Assembly (NCBI GenBank): GCA_964016885.1
Contig: OZ024740.1
Coordinates: forward strand, 5,084,001 to 5,148,000
From: Eledone cirrhosa
Lineage: Eukaryota
Length of the DNA: 64,000 bases
Direction of reading: 5' to 3'
The notes beneath the pieces were generated by a model, which ran no database searches, was not told the DNA's origin, and saw nothing but the letters and a program-made list of their open reading frames with translations. Positions within the stretch are counted from its first letter, which is position 1, and the number at the start of each line of letters is the position of its first letter. A program made the translations under genes and the position numbers. Positions 9,701 through 24,700 of the stretch are shown piece by piece.

Positions 9701-12700
9701 TCTTTAGTTCTAGTGATGACAGAGAAATAACTTGTTTCTCTCTGTTACTGCTGTCATCCTTTAGTTCTAGTGATGACAGAGAAATAACTTGTTTCTCTCT
9801 GTCACTGCTGTCATTCTTTAGTTCTAGTGATGACAGAGAAATAACTTGTTTCTCACTGTCACTGCTGTGATTCTGTAGTTCTAGTGATGACAGAGAAATA
9901 ACTTGTTTCTCTCTGTCACTGCTGTCATTCTTTAGTTCTAGTGATGACAGAGAAATAACTTGTTTCTCTCTGTCACTGCTGTCATTCTTTAGTTCTAGTG
10001 ATGACAGAGAAATAACTTGTTTCTCTCTGTCACTGCTGTCATTCTTTAGTTCTAGTGATGACAGAGAAATAACTTGTTTCTCTCTGTCACTGCTGTCATT
10101 CTTTAGTTCTAGTGATGACAGAGAAATAACTTATTTCTCTCTGTTACTGCTGTCATCCTTTAGTTCTAGTGATGACAGAGAAATAACTTGTTTCTCTCTG
10201 TCACTGCTGTCATTCTTTAGTTCTACTGATGACAGAGAAATAACTTGTTTCTCTCTGTCACTGCTGTCATTCTTTAGTTCTAGTGATGACAGAAAAATAA
10301 CTTGTTTCTCTCTGTCACTGCTGTCATTCTTTAGTTCTAGTGATGACAGAGAAATAACTTGTTTCTCTCTGTCACTGCTGTCATTCTTTAGTTCTACTGA
10401 TGACAGACAAATAACTTGTTTCTCTCTGTCACTGTTGTCATTCTTTAGTTCTACTGATGACAGAGAAATAACTTTTTTCTCTCTGTCACTGCTGTCATTC
10501 TTTAGTTCTAGTGATGACAGAGAAATAACTTGTTTCTCTCTGTCACTGCTGTCATTTTTTAGTTCTACTGATGACAGAGAAATAACTTGTTTCTCTCTGT
10601 CACTGCTGTCATTCTTTCGTTCTACTGATGACAGAGAAATAACTTGTTTCTCTCTGTCACTGCTGTCATTCTTTAGTTCTAGTGATGACAGAGAAATAAC
10701 TTGTTTCTCTCTGTCACTGCTGTCATTCTTTAGTTCTAGTGATGACAGAGAAATAACTTGTTTCTCTCTGTCACTGCTGTCATACTTTAGTTCTAGTGAT
10801 GACAGAGAAATAACTTGTTTCTCTCTGTCACACTTTAGTTCTACTGATGACAGAGAAATAACTTGTTTCTCTCTGTCACTGCTGTCATTCTTTAGTTCTA
10901 GTGATGACAGAGAAATAACTTGTTTCTCTCTGTCACTGCTGTCATTCTTTAGTATCTAGTGATGACAGAGAAATAACTTGTTTCTCTCTGTCACTGCTGT
11001 CATTCTTTAGTTCTACTGATGACAGAGAAATAACTTGTTTCTCTCTGTCACTGCTGTCATTCTTTAGTTCTGCTGATGACAGAGAAATAACTTGTTTCTC
11101 TCTGTCACTGCTGTCATTCTTTAGTTCTAGTGATGACAGAGAAATAACTTGTTTCTCTCTGTCACTGCTGTCATTCTTTAGTTCTAGTGATGACAGAGAA
11201 ATAACTTGTTTCTCTCTGTCACACTTTAGTTCTACTGATGACAGAGAAATAACTTGTTTCTCTCTCTTACTGCTGTAATTCTTTAGTTCTAGTGATGACA
11301 GAGAAATAACTTGTTTCTCTCTGTCACACTTTAGTTCTACTGATGACAGAGAAATAGCTTGTTTCTCTCTGTCACTGCTGTTATTCTTTAGTTCTAGTGA
11401 TGACAGAGAAATAACTTGTTTCTCTCTGTCACTGCTGTCATCCTTTAGTTCTAGTGATGACAGAGAAATAACTTGTTTCTCTCTGTCACTGCTGTCATTC
11501 TTTAGTTCTAGTGATGACAGAGAAATAACTTGTTTCTCTCTGTCACTGCTGTCATTCTTTAGTTCTAATGATGACAGAGAAATAACTTGTTTCTCTCTGT
11601 CACTGCTGTCATTCTTTAGTTCTACTGATGACAGAGAAATAAATTGTTTCTCTCTGTCACTGCTGTCATTCTTTAGTTCTAGTGATGACAGAGAAATAAC
11701 TTGTTTCTCTCTGTCACTGCTGTCATTCTTTAGTTCTACTGATGACAGAGAAATAACTTGTTTCTCTCTGTCACTGCTGTCATTCTTTAGTTCTAGTGAT
11801 GACAGAGAAATAACTTGTTTCTCTCTGTCACTGCTGTCATTCTTTAGTTCTACTGATGACAGAGAAATAACTTGTTTCTCTCTGTCATTCTTTAGTTCTC
11901 CTGATGACAGAGAAATAACTTGTTTCTCTCTGTCATTATTTAGTTCTACTGATGACAGAGAAATAACTTGTTTCTCTCTGTCACTGTTGTCATTCTTTAG
12001 TTCTAGTGATGACAGAGAAATAACTTGTTTCTCTCTGTCACTGCTGTCATTCTTTAGTTCTACTGATCCCAGAGAAATAACTTGTTTCTCTCTGTCACTG
12101 CTGTCATTCTTTAGTTCTAGTGATGACAGAGAAATAACTTGTTTCTCTCTGTCACTGCTGTCATTCTTTAGTTCTAGTGATGACAGAGAAATAACTTGTT
12201 TCTCTCTGTCACTGCTGTCATTCTTTAGTTCTAGTGATGACAGAGAAATAACTTGTTTCTCACTGTCACTGCTGTCATTCTTTAGTTCTAGTGATGACAG
12301 AGAAATAACTTGTTTCTCTCTGTCACTGCTGTCATTCTTTAGTTCTAGTGATGACAGAGAAATAACTTGTTTCTCTCTGTTACTGCTGTCATCCTTTAGT
12401 TCTAGTGATGACAGAGAAATAACTTGTTTCTCTCTGTCACTGCTGTCATTCTTTAGTTCTAGTGATGACAGAGAAATAACTTGTTTCTCACTGTCACTGC
12501 TGTGATTCTGTAGTTCTAGTGATGACAGAGAAATAACTTGTTTCTCTCTGTCACTGCTGTCATTCTTTAGTTCTAGTGATGACAGAGAAATAACTTGTTT
12601 CTCTCTGTCACTGCTGTCATTCTTTAGTTCTAGTGATGACAGAGAAATAACTTGTTTCTCTCTGTCACTGCTGTCATTCTTTAGTTCTAGTGATGACAGA

Positions 12701-15700
12701 GAAATAACTTGTTTCTCTCTGTCACTGCTGTCATTCTTTAGTTCTAGTGATGACAGAGAAATAACTTATTTCTCTCTGTTACTGCTGTCATCCTTTAGTT
12801 CTAGTGATGACAGAGAAATAACTTGTTTCTCTCTGTCACTGCTGTCATTCTTTAGTTCTAGTGATGACAGAGAAATAACTTGTTTCTCTCTGTTACTGCT
12901 GTCATTATTTAGTTCTAGTGATGACAGGGAAATAACTTGTATCTCTCTGTCACTGCTGTCATTCTTTAGTTCTAGTGATGACAGATAAATAACTTGTTTC
13001 TCTCTGTCACTGCTGTCATTCTTTAGTTCTAGTGATGACAGAGAAATAACTTGTTTCTCTCTGTCACTGCTGTCATCCTTTAGTTCTAGTGATGACAGAG
13101 AAATAACTTGTTTCTCTGTCACTGCTGTCATTCTTTAGTTCTAGTGATGACAGAGAAATAAGTTGTTTCTCTCTGTCACTGCTGTCATTCTTTACTTCTG
13201 CTGATGACAGATAAATAACTTGTTTCTCTCTGTCACTGCTGTCATTCTTTAGTTCTAGTGATGACAGAGAAATAACTTGTTTCTCTCTGTCACTGCTGTC
13301 ATTCTGTAGTTCTGCTGATGACAGAGAAATAACTTGTTTCTCTCTGTCATTCTTTAGTTCTAGTGATGACAGAGAAATAACTTGTTTCTCTCTGTCACTG
13401 CTGTCATTCTTTAGTTCTTCTGATGACAGATAAATAACTTGTTTCTCTCTGTCACTGCTGTCATTCTTTAGTTCTAGTGATGACAGAGAAATAAGTTGTT
13501 TCTCTCTGTCACTGCTGTCATTCTTTATTTCTAGTGATGACAGATAAATAACTTGTTTCTCTCTGTCACTGCTGTCATCCTTTAGTTCTAGTGATGACAG
13601 AGAAATAACTTGTTTCTCTCTGTCACTGCTGTCATTCTTTAGTTCTAGTGATGACAGAGAAATAACTTGTTTCTCTCTGTCACTGCTGTCATTCTTTAGT
13701 TCTAGTGATGACAGAGAAATAACTTGTTTCTCTCTGTCACTGCTGTCATTCTTTAGTTCTGCTGATGACAGAGAAATAACTTGTTTCTCTCTGTTATTCT
13801 TTAGTTCTAGTGATGACAGAGAAATAACTTGTTTCTCTCTGTCACTACTGTCATTCTTTAGTTCTTCTGATGACAGAGAAATAACTTGTTTCTCTCTGTC
13901 ATTCTTTAGTTCTAGTGATGACAGAGAAATAACTTGTTTCTCACTGTCACTGCTGTCATTCTTTAGTTCTAGTGATGACAGAGAAATAACATGTTTCTCT
14001 CTGTCACTGCTGTCATTCTTTAGGTCTAGTGATGACAGAGAAATAACTTGTTTCTCTCTGTTACTGCTGTCATCCTTTAGTTCTAGTGATGACAGAGAAA
14101 TAACTTGTTTCTCTCTGTCACTGCTGTCATTCTTTAGTTCTAGTGATGACAGAGAAATAACTTGTTTCTCACTGTCACTGCTGTGATTCTTTAGTTCTAG
14201 TGATGACACAGAAATAACTTGTTTCTCTCTGTCACTGCTGTCATTCTTTAGTTCTAGTGATGACAGAGAAATAACTTGTTTCTCTCTGTCACTGCTGTCA
14301 TTCTTTAGTTCTAGTGATGACAGAGAAATAACTTGTTTCTCTCTGTCACTGCTGTCATTCTTTAGTTCTAGTGATGACAGAGAAATAACTTGTTTCTCTC
14401 TGTCACTGCTGTCATTCTTTAGTTCTAGTGATGACAGAGAAATAACTTATTTCTCTCTGTTACTTCTGTCATCCTTTAGTTCTAGTGATGACAGAGAAAT
14501 AACTTGTTTCTCTCTGTCACTGCTGTCATTCTTTAGTTCTAGTGATGACAGAGAAATAACTTGTTTCTCTCTGTTACTGCTGTCATTATTTAGTTCTAGT
14601 GATGACAGGGAAATAACTTGTATCTCTCTGTCACTGCTGTCATTCTTTACTTCTAGTGATGACAGATAAATAACTTGTTTCTCTCTGTCACTGCTGTCAT
14701 TCTTTAGTTCTAGTGATGACAGAGAAATAACTTGTTTCTCTCTGTCACTGCTGTCATCCTTTAGTTCTAGTGATGACAGAGAAATAACTTGTTTCTCTGT
14801 CACTGCTGTCATTCTTTAGTTCTAGTGATGACAGAGAAATAAGTTGTTTCTCTCTGTCACTGCTGTCATTCTTTACTTCTGCTGATGACAGAGAAATAAC
14901 TTGTTTCTCTCTGTCACTGCTGTCATTCTTTAGTTCTAGTGATGACAGAGAAATAACTTGTTTCTCTCTGTCACTGCTGTCATTCTTTAGTTCTGCTGAT
15001 GACAGAGAAATAACTTGTTTCTCTCTGTCATTCTTTAGTTCTAGTGATGACAGAGAAATAACTTGTTTCTCTCTGTCACTGCTGTCATTCTTTAGTTCTT
15101 CTGATGACAGAGAAATAACTTGTTTCTCTCTGTCATTCTTTAGTTCTACTGATGACAGATAAATAACTTGTTTCTCTCTGTCACTGCTGTCATTCTTTAG
15201 TTCTAGTGATGACAGAGAAATAAGTTGTTTCTCTCTGTCACTGCTGTCATTCTTTATTTCTAGTGATGACAGATAAATAACTTGTTTCTCTCTGTCACTG
15301 CTGTCATCCTTTAGTTCTAGTGATGACAGAGAAATAACTTGTTTCTCTCTGTCACTGCTGTCATTCTTTAGTTCTAGTGATGACAGAGAAATAACTTGTT
15401 TCTCTCTGTCACTGCTGTCATTCTTTAGTTCTAGTGATGACAGAGAAATAACTTGTTTCTCTCTGTCACTGCTGTCATTCTTTAGTTCTGCTGATGACAG
15501 AGAAATAACTTGTTTCTCTCTGTCATTCTTTAGTTCTAGTGATGACAGAGAAATAACTTGTTTCTCTCTGTCACTACTGTCATTCTTTAGTTCTTCTGAT
15601 GACAGAGAAATAACTTGTTTCTCTCTGTCATTCTTTAGTTCTACTGATGACAGATAAATAACTTGTTTCTCTCTGTCACTGCTGTCATTCTTTAGTTCTA

Positions 15701-18700
15701 GTGATGACAGAGAAATAACTTGTTTCTCTCTGTCACTGCTGTCATTCTTTAGTTCTAGTGATGACAGAGAAATAACTTGTTTCTCACTGTCACTGCTGTC
15801 ATTCTTTAGTTCTAGTGATGACAGAGAAATAACTTGTTTCTCTCTGTCACTGCTGTCATTCTTTAGTTCTAGTGATGACAGAGAAATAACTTGTTTCTCT
15901 CTGTTACTGCTGTCATCCTTTAGTTCTAGTGATGACAGAGAAATAACTTGTTTCTCTCTGTCACTGCTGTCATTCTTTAGTTCTAGTGATGACAGAGAAA
16001 TAACTTGTTTCTCACTGTCACTGCTGTGATTCTTTAGTTCTAGTGATGACAGAGAAATAACTTGTTTCTCTCTGTCACTGCTGTCATTCTTTAGTTCTAG
16101 TGATGACAGAGAAATAACTTGTTTCTCTCTGTCACTGCTGTCATTCTTTAGTTCTAGTGATGACAGAGAAATAACTTGTTTCTCTCTGTCACTGCTGTCA
16201 TTCTTTAGTTCTAGTGATGACAGTGAAATAACTTGTTTCTCTGTCACTGCTGTCATTCTTTAGTTCTAGTGATGACAGAGAAATAACTTATTTCTCTCTG
16301 TTACTGCTGTCATCCTTTAGTTTTAGTGATGACAGAGAAATAACTTGTTTCTCTCTGTCACTGCTGTCATTCTTTAGTTCTAGTGATGACAGAGAAATAA
16401 CTTGTTTCTCTCTGTTACTGCTGTCATTATTTAGTTCTAGTGATGACAGGGAAATAACTTGTATCTCTCTGTCACTGCTGTCATTCTTTAGTTCTAGTGA
16501 TGACAGATAAATAACTTGTTTCTCTCTGTCACTGCTGTCATTCTTTAGTTCTAGTGATGACAGAGAAATAACTTGTTTCTCTCTGTCACTGCTGTCATCC
16601 TTTAGTTCTAGTGATGACAGAGAAATAACTTGTTTCTCTGTCACTGCTGTCATTCTTTAGTTCTAGTGATGACAGAGAAATAAGTTGTTTCTCTCTGTCA
16701 CTGCTGTCATTCTTTACTTCTGCTGATGACAGAGAAATAACTTGTTTCTCTCTGTCACTGCTGTCATTCTTTAGTTCTAGTGATGACAGAGAAATAACTT
16801 GTTTCTCTCTGTCACTGCTGTCATTCTTTAGTTCTGCTGATGACAGAGAAATAACTTGTTTCTCTCTGTCATTCTTTAGTTCTAGTGATGACAGAGAAAT
16901 AACTTGTTTCTCTCTGTCACTGCTGTCATTCTTTAGTTCTTCTGATGACAGAGAAATAACTTGTTTCTCTCTGTCATTCTTTAGTTCTACTGATGACAGA
17001 TAAATAACTTGTTTCTCTCTGTCACTGCTGTCATTCTTTAGTTCTAGTGATGACAGAGAAATAAATTGTTTCTCTCTGTCACTGCTGTCATTCTTTATTT
17101 CTAGTGATGACAGATAAATAACTTGTTTCTCTCTGTCACTGCTGTCATCCTTTAGTTCTAGTGATGACAGAGAAATAACTTGTTTCTCTCTGTCACTGCT
17201 GTCATTCTTTAGTTCTAGTGATGACAGAGAAATAACTTGTTTCTCTCTGTCACTGCTGTCATTCTTTAGTTCTAGTGATGACAGAGAAATAACTTGTTTC
17301 TCTCTGTCACTGCTGTCATTCTTTAGTTCTGCTGATGACAGAGAAATAACTTGTTTCTCTCTGTCATTCTTTAGTTCTAGTGATGACAGAGAAATAACTT
17401 GTTTCTCTCTGTCACTGCTGTCATTCTTTAGTTCTTCTGATGACAGAGAAATAACTTGTTTCTCTCTGTCATTCTTTAGTTCTACTGATGACAGATAAAT
17501 AACTTGTTTCTCTCTGTCACTGCTGTCATTCTTTAGTTCTAGTGATGACAGAGAAATAAGTTGTTTCTCTCTGTCACTGCTGTCATTCTTTATTTCTAGT
17601 GATGACAGATAAATAACTTGTTTCTCTCTGTCACTGCTGTCATCCTTTAGTTCTAGTGATGACAGAGAAATAAGTTGTTTCTCTCTGTCACTGCTGTCAT
17701 TCTTTAGTTCTAGTGATGACAGAGAAATAAGTTGTTTCTCTCTGTCACTGCTGTCATTCTTTAGTTCTAGTGATGACAGAGAAATAACTTGTTTCTCTCT
17801 GTCACTGCTGTCATTCTTTAGTTCTTCTGATGACAGAGAAATAACTTGTTTCTCTCTGTCATTCTTTAGTTCTACTGATGACAGATAAATAACTTGTTTC
17901 TCTCTGTCACTGCTGTCATTCTTTAGTTCTAGTGATGACAGAGAAATAACTTGTTTCTCTCTGTCACTGCTGTCATTCTTTAGTTCTAGTGATGACAGAG
18001 AAATAACTTGTTTCTCTCTGTCACTGCTGTCATTCTTTAGTTCTTCTGATGACAGAGAAATAACTTGTTTCTCTCTGTCATTCTTTAGTTCTACTGATGA
18101 CAGATAAATAACTTGTTTCTCTCTGTCACTGCTGTCATTCTTTAGTTCTAGTGATGACAGAGAAATAAGTTGTTTCTCTCTGTCACTGCTGTCATTCTTT
18201 AGTTCTAGTGATGACAGAGAAATAACTTGTTTCTCTCTGTCACTGCTGTCATTCTTTAGTTCTAGTGATGACAGACAAATAACTTGTTTCTCTCTGTCAC
18301 TGCTGTCATTCTTTAGTTCTAGTGATGACAGAGAAATAACGTGTTTCTCTCTGTCACTGCTGTCATTCTTTAGTTCTAGTGATGACAGAGAAATAACTTG
18401 TTTCTCTCTGTCACTGCTGTCATTCTTTAGTTCTTCTGATGACAGAGAAATAACTTGTTTCTCTCTGTCATTCTTTAGTTCTACTGATGACAGAGAAATA
18501 ACTTGTTTCTCTCTGTCACTGCTGTCATTCTTTAGTTCTACTGATGACAGAGAAAAAACTTGTTTCTCTCTGTCATTCTTTAGTTCTACTGATGACAGAG
18601 AAATAACTTGTTTCTCTCTGTCATTATTTAGTTCTACTGATGACAGAGAAATAACCTGTTTCTCTCTGTCACTGTTGTCATTCTTTAGTTCTAGTGATGA

Positions 18701-21700
18701 CAGAGAAATAACTTGTTTCTCTCTGTCACTGCTATCATTCTTTAGTTCTACTGATCACAGAGAAATAACTTGTTTCTCTCTGTCACTGCTGTCATTCTTT
18801 AGTTCTAGTGATGACAGAGAAATAACTTGTTTCTCTCTGTCACTGCTGTCATTCTTTAGTTCTAGTGATGACAGAGAAATAACTTGTTTCTCTCTGTCAC
18901 TGCTGTCATTCTTTAGTTCTAGTGATGACAGAGAAATAACTTGTTTCTCTGTCACTGCTGTCATTCTTTAGTTCTAGTGATGACAGAGAAATAACTTATT
19001 TCTCTCTGTTACTGCTGTCATCCTTTAGTTCTAGTGATGACAGAGAAATAACTTGTTTCTCTCTGTCACTGCTGTCATTCTTTAGTTCTACTGATGACAG
19101 ATAAATAACTTGTTTCTCTCTGTCACTGCTGTCATTCTTTAGTTCTAGTGATGACAGAGAAATAAGTTGTTTCTCTCTGTCACTGCTGTCATTCTTTATT
19201 TCTAGTGATGACAGATAAATAACTTGTTTCTCTCTGTCACTGCTGTCATCCTTTAGTTCTAGTGATGACAGAGAAATAAGTTGTTTCTCTCTGTCACTGC
19301 TGTCATTCTTTAGTTCTAGTGATGACAGAGAAATAAGTTGTTTCTCTCTGTCACTGCTGTCATTCTTTAGTTCTAGTGATGACAGAGAAATAACTTGTTT
19401 CTCTCTGTCACTGCTGTCATTCTTTAGTTCTTCTGATGACAGAGAAATAACTTGTTTCTCTCTGTCATTCTTTAGTTCTACTGATGACAGATAAATAACT
19501 TGTTTCTCTCTGTCACTGCTGTCATTCTTTAGTTCTAGTGATGACAGAGAAATAACTTGTTTCTCTCTGTCACTGCTGTCATTCTTTAGTTCTAGTGATG
19601 ACAGAGAAATAACTTGTTTCTCTCTGTCACTGCTGTCATTCTTTAGTTCTTCTGATGACAGAGAAATAACTTGTTTCTCTCTGTCATTCTTTAGTTCTAC
19701 TGATGACAGATAAATAACTTGTTTCTCTCTGTCACTGCTGTCATTCTTTAGTTCTAGTGATGACAGAGAAATAAGTTGTTTCTCTCTGTCACTGCTGTCA
19801 TTCTTTAGTTCTAGTGATGACAGAGAAATAACTTGTTTCTCTCTGTCACTGCTGTCATTCTTTAGTTCTAGTGATGACAGACAAATAACTTGTTTCTCTC
19901 TGTCACTGCTGTCATTCTTTAGTTCTAGTGATGACAGAGAAATAACTTGTTTCTCTCTGTCACTGCTGTCATTCTTTAGTTCTAGTGATGACAGAGAAAT
20001 AACTTGTTTCTCTCTGTCACTGCTGTCATTCTTTAGTTCTTCTGATGACAGAGAAATAACTTGTTTCTCTCTGTCATTCTTTAGTTCTACTGATGACAGA
20101 GAAATAACTTGTTTCTCTCTGTCACTGCTGTCATTCTTTAGTTCTACTGATGACAGAGAAAAAACTTGTTTCTCTCTGTCATTCTTTAGTTCTACTGATG
20201 ACAGAGAAATAACTTGTTTCTCTCTGTCATTATTTAGTTCTACTGATGACAGAGAAATAACCTGTTTCTCTCTGTCACTGTTGTCATTCTTTAGTTCTAG
20301 TGATGACAGAGAAATAACTTGTTTCTCTCTGTCACTGCTATCATTCTTTAGTTCTACTGATCACAGAGAAATAACTTGTTTCTCTCTGTCACTGCTGTCA
20401 TTCTTTAGTTCTTCTGATGACAGAGAAATAACTTGTTTCTCTCTGTCATTCTTTAGTTCTACTGATGACAGATAAATAACTTGTTTCTCTCTGTCACTGC
20501 TGTCATTCTTTAGTTCTAGTGATGACAGAGAAATAACTTATTTCTCTCTGTTACTGCTGTCATCCTTTAGTTCTAGTGATGACAGAGAAATAACTTGTTT
20601 CTCTCTGTCACTGCTGTCATTCTTTAGTTCTAGTGATGACAGATAAATAACTTGTTTCTCTCTGTCACTGCTGTCATTCTTTAGTTCTAGTGATGACAGA
20701 GAAATAAGTTGTTTCTCTCTGTCACTGCTGTCATTCTTTATTTCTAGTGATGACAGATAAATAACTTGTTTCTCTCTGTCACTGCTGTCATCCTTTAGTT
20801 CTAGTGATGACAGAGAAATAAGTTGTTTCTCTCTGTCACTGCTGTCATTCTTTAGTTCTAGTGATGACAGAGAAATAAGTTGTTTCTCTCTGTCACTGCT
20901 GTCATTCTTTAGTTCTAGTGATGACAGAGAAATAACTTGTTTCTCTCTGTCACTGCTGTCATTCTTTAGTTCTTCTGATGACAGAGAAATAACTTGTTTC
21001 TCTCTGTCATTCTTTAGTTCTACTGATGACAGATAAATAACTTGTTTCTCTCTGTCACTGCTGTCATTCTTTAGTTCTAGTGATGACAGAGAAATAACTT
21101 GTTTCTCTCTGTCACTGCTGTCATTCTTTAGTTCTAGTGATGACAGAGAAATAACTTGTTTCTCTCTGTCACTGCTGTCATTCTTTAGTTCTTCTGATGA
21201 CAGAGAAATAACTTGTTTCTCTCTGTCATTCTTTAGTTCTACTGATGACAGATAAATAACTTGTTTCTCTCTGTCACTGCTGTCATTCTTTAGTTCTAGT
21301 GATGACAGAGAAATAAGTTGTTTCTCTCTGTCACTGCTGTCATTCTTTAGTTCTAGTGATGACAGAGAAATAACTTGTTTCTCTCTGTCACTGCTGTCAT
21401 TCTTTAGTTCTAGTGATGACAGACAAATAACTTGTTTCTCTCTGTCACTGCTGTCATTCTTTAGTTCTAGTGATGACAGAGAAATAACTTGTTTCTCTCT
21501 GTCACTGCTGTCATTCTTTAGTTCTAGTGATGACAGAGAAATAACTTGTTTCTCTCTGTCACTGCTGTCATTCTTTAGTTCTTCTGATGACAGAGAAATA
21601 ACTTGTTTCTCTCTGTCATTCTTTAGTTCTACTGATGACAGAGAAATAACTTGTTTCTCTCTGTCACTGCTGTCATTCTTTAGTTCTACTGATGACAGAG

Positions 21701-24700
21701 AAAAAACTTGTTTCTCTCTGTCATTCTTTAGTTCTACTGATGACAGAGAAATAACTTGTTTCTCTCTGTCATTATTTAGTTCTACTGATGACAGAGAAAT
21801 AACCTGTTTCTCTCTGTCACTGTTGTCATTCTTTAGTTCTAGTGATGACAGAGAAATAACTTGTTTCTCTCTGTCACTGCTATCATTCTTTAGTTCTACT
21901 GATCACAGAGAAATAACTTGTTTCTCTCTGTCACTGCTGTCATTCTTTAGTTCTAGTGATGACAGAGAAATAACTTGTTTCTCTCTGTCACTGCTGTCAT
22001 TATTTAGTTCTAGTGATGACAGAGAAATAACTTGTTTCTCTCTGTCACTGCTGTCATTCTTTAGTTCTAGTGATGACAGAGAAATAACTTATTTCTCACT
22101 GTCACTGCTGTCATTCTTTAGTTCTAGTGATGACAGAGAAATAACTTGTTTCTCTCTGTCACTGCTGTCATTCTTTAGTTCTAGTAATGACAGAGAAATA
22201 ACTTGTTTCTCTCTGTCACTGCTGTCATTCTTTAGTTCTAGTGATGACAGAGAAATAACTTGTTTCTCTCTGTTACTGCTGTCATCCTTTAGTTCTAGTG
22301 ATGACAGAGAAATAACTTGTTTCTCTCTGTCACTGCTGTCATTCTTTAGTTCTAGTGATGACAGATAAATAACTTGTTTCTCTCTGTCACTGCTGTCATT
22401 CTTTAGTTCTAGTGATGACAGAGAAATAACTTGTTTCTCTCTGTCACTGCTGTCATCCTTTAGTTCTAGTGATGACAGAGAAATAACTTGTTTCTCTGTC
22501 ACTGCTGTCATTCTTTAGTTCTAGTGATGACAGAGGAATAACTTGTTTCTCTCTGTTACTGCTGTCATTCTTTAGTTCTAGTGATGACAGAGAAATAACT
22601 TGTTTCTCTGTCACTGTTGTCATTCTTTAGTTCTAGTGATGACAGAGAAATAAGTTGTTTCTCTCGGTCACTGCTGTCATTCTTTACTTCTGCTGATGAC
22701 AGAGAAATAACTTGTTTCTCTCTGTCACTGCTGTCATTCTTTAGTTCTAGTGATGACAGAGAAATAACTTGTTTCTCTCTGTCACTGCTGTCATTCTTTA
22801 GTTCTTCTGATGACAGAAAAATAACTTGTTTCTCTCTGTCATTCTTTAGTTCTACTGATGACAGATAAATAACTTGTTTCTCTCTGTCACTGCTGTCATT
22901 CTTTAATTCTAGTGATGACAGAGAAATAAGTTGTTTCTCTCTGTCACTGCTGTCATTCTTTATTTCTAGTGATGACAGATAAATAACTTGTTTCTCTCTG
23001 TCACTGCTGTCATCCTTTAGTTCTAGTGATGACAGAGAAATAACTTGTTTCTCTCTGTCACTGCTGTCATTCTTTAGTTCTAGTGATGACAGAGAAATAA
23101 GTTGTTTCTCTCTGTCACTGCTGTCATTCTTTAGTTCTAGTGATGACAGAGAAATAAGTTGTTTCTCTCTGTCACTGTTGTCATTCTTTAGTTCTAGTGA
23201 TGACAGAGAAATAACTTGTTTCTTTCTGTCACTGCTGTCATTCTTTAGTTCTAGTGATGACAGAGAAATAACTTGTTTCTCTCTGTCACTGCTGTCATTC
23301 TTTAGTTCTTCTGATGACAGAGAAATAACTTGTTTCTCTCTGTCATTCTTTAGTTCTACTGATGACAGATAAATAACTTGTTTCTCTCTGTCACTGCTGT
23401 CATTCTTTAGTTCTAGTGATGACAGAGAAATAAGTTGTTTCTCTCTGTCACTGCTGTCATTCTTTAGTTCTAGTGATGACAGAGAAATAACTTGTTTCTC
23501 TCTGTCACTGCTGTCATTCTTTAGTTCTAGTGATGACAGAGAAATAACTTGTTTCTCTCTGTCACTGCTGTCATTCTTTAGTTCTAGTGATGACAGAGAA
23601 ATAACTTGTTTCTCTCTGTCACTGCTGTCATTCCTTAGTTCTAGTGATGACAGAGAAATAACTTGTTTCTCTCTGTCACTGCTGTCATTCTTTAGTTCTT
23701 CTGATGACAGACAAATAACTTGTTTCTCTCTGTCATTCTTTAGTTCTACTGATGACAGATAAATAACTTGTTTCTCTCTGTCACTGCTGTCATTCTTTAG
23801 TTCTAGTGATGACAGATAAATAACATGTTTCTCTCTGTTACTGCTGTCATCATTTAGTTCTAGTGATGACAGAGAAATAACTTGTTTCTCTCTGTCACTG
23901 CTGTCATTCTTTAGTTCTAGTGATGACAGAGAAATAACTTGTTTCTCTCTGTCACTGCTGTCATTCTTTAGTTCTAGTGATGACAGAGATATAACTTGTT
24001 TCTCTCTGTCACTGTTGTCATTCTTTAGTTCTAGTGATGACAGAGAAATAACTTGTTTCTCTCTGTTACTGCTGTCATCCTTTAGTTCTAGTGATGACAG
24101 AGAAATAACTTGTTTCTCTCTCTCACTGTTGTCATTCTTTAGTTCTACTGATGACAGAGAAATAACATGTTTCTCTCTGTCACTGCTGTCATTCTTTAGT
24201 TCTAGTGATGACAGATAAATAACTTGTTTCTCTCTGTTACTGCTGTCATCCTTTAGTTCTAGTGATGACAGAGAAATAACTTGCTTCTCTCTGTCACTGC
24301 TGTCATTCTTTAGTTCTAGTGATGACAGAAATAACTTGTTTCTCTCTGTCACTGCTGTCATTCTTTAGTTCTGCTGATGACAGAGAAATAACTTGTTTCT
24401 CTCTGTCACACTTTAGTTCTACTGATGACAGAGAAATAACTTGTTTCTCTGTCACTGCTGTCATTCTTTAGTTCTAGTGATGACAGAGAAATAACTTGTT
24501 TCTCTCTGTCACTGCTGTCATTCTTTAGTTCTAGTGATGACAGAGAAATAACTTGTTTCTCTGTCACTGCTGTCATTCTTTAGTTCTAGTGATGACAGAG
24601 AAATAACTTGTTTCTCACTGTCACTGCTGTCATTCTTTAGTTCTAGTGATGACAGAGAAATAACTTGTTTCTCTCTGTCACTGCTGTCATTCTTTAGTTC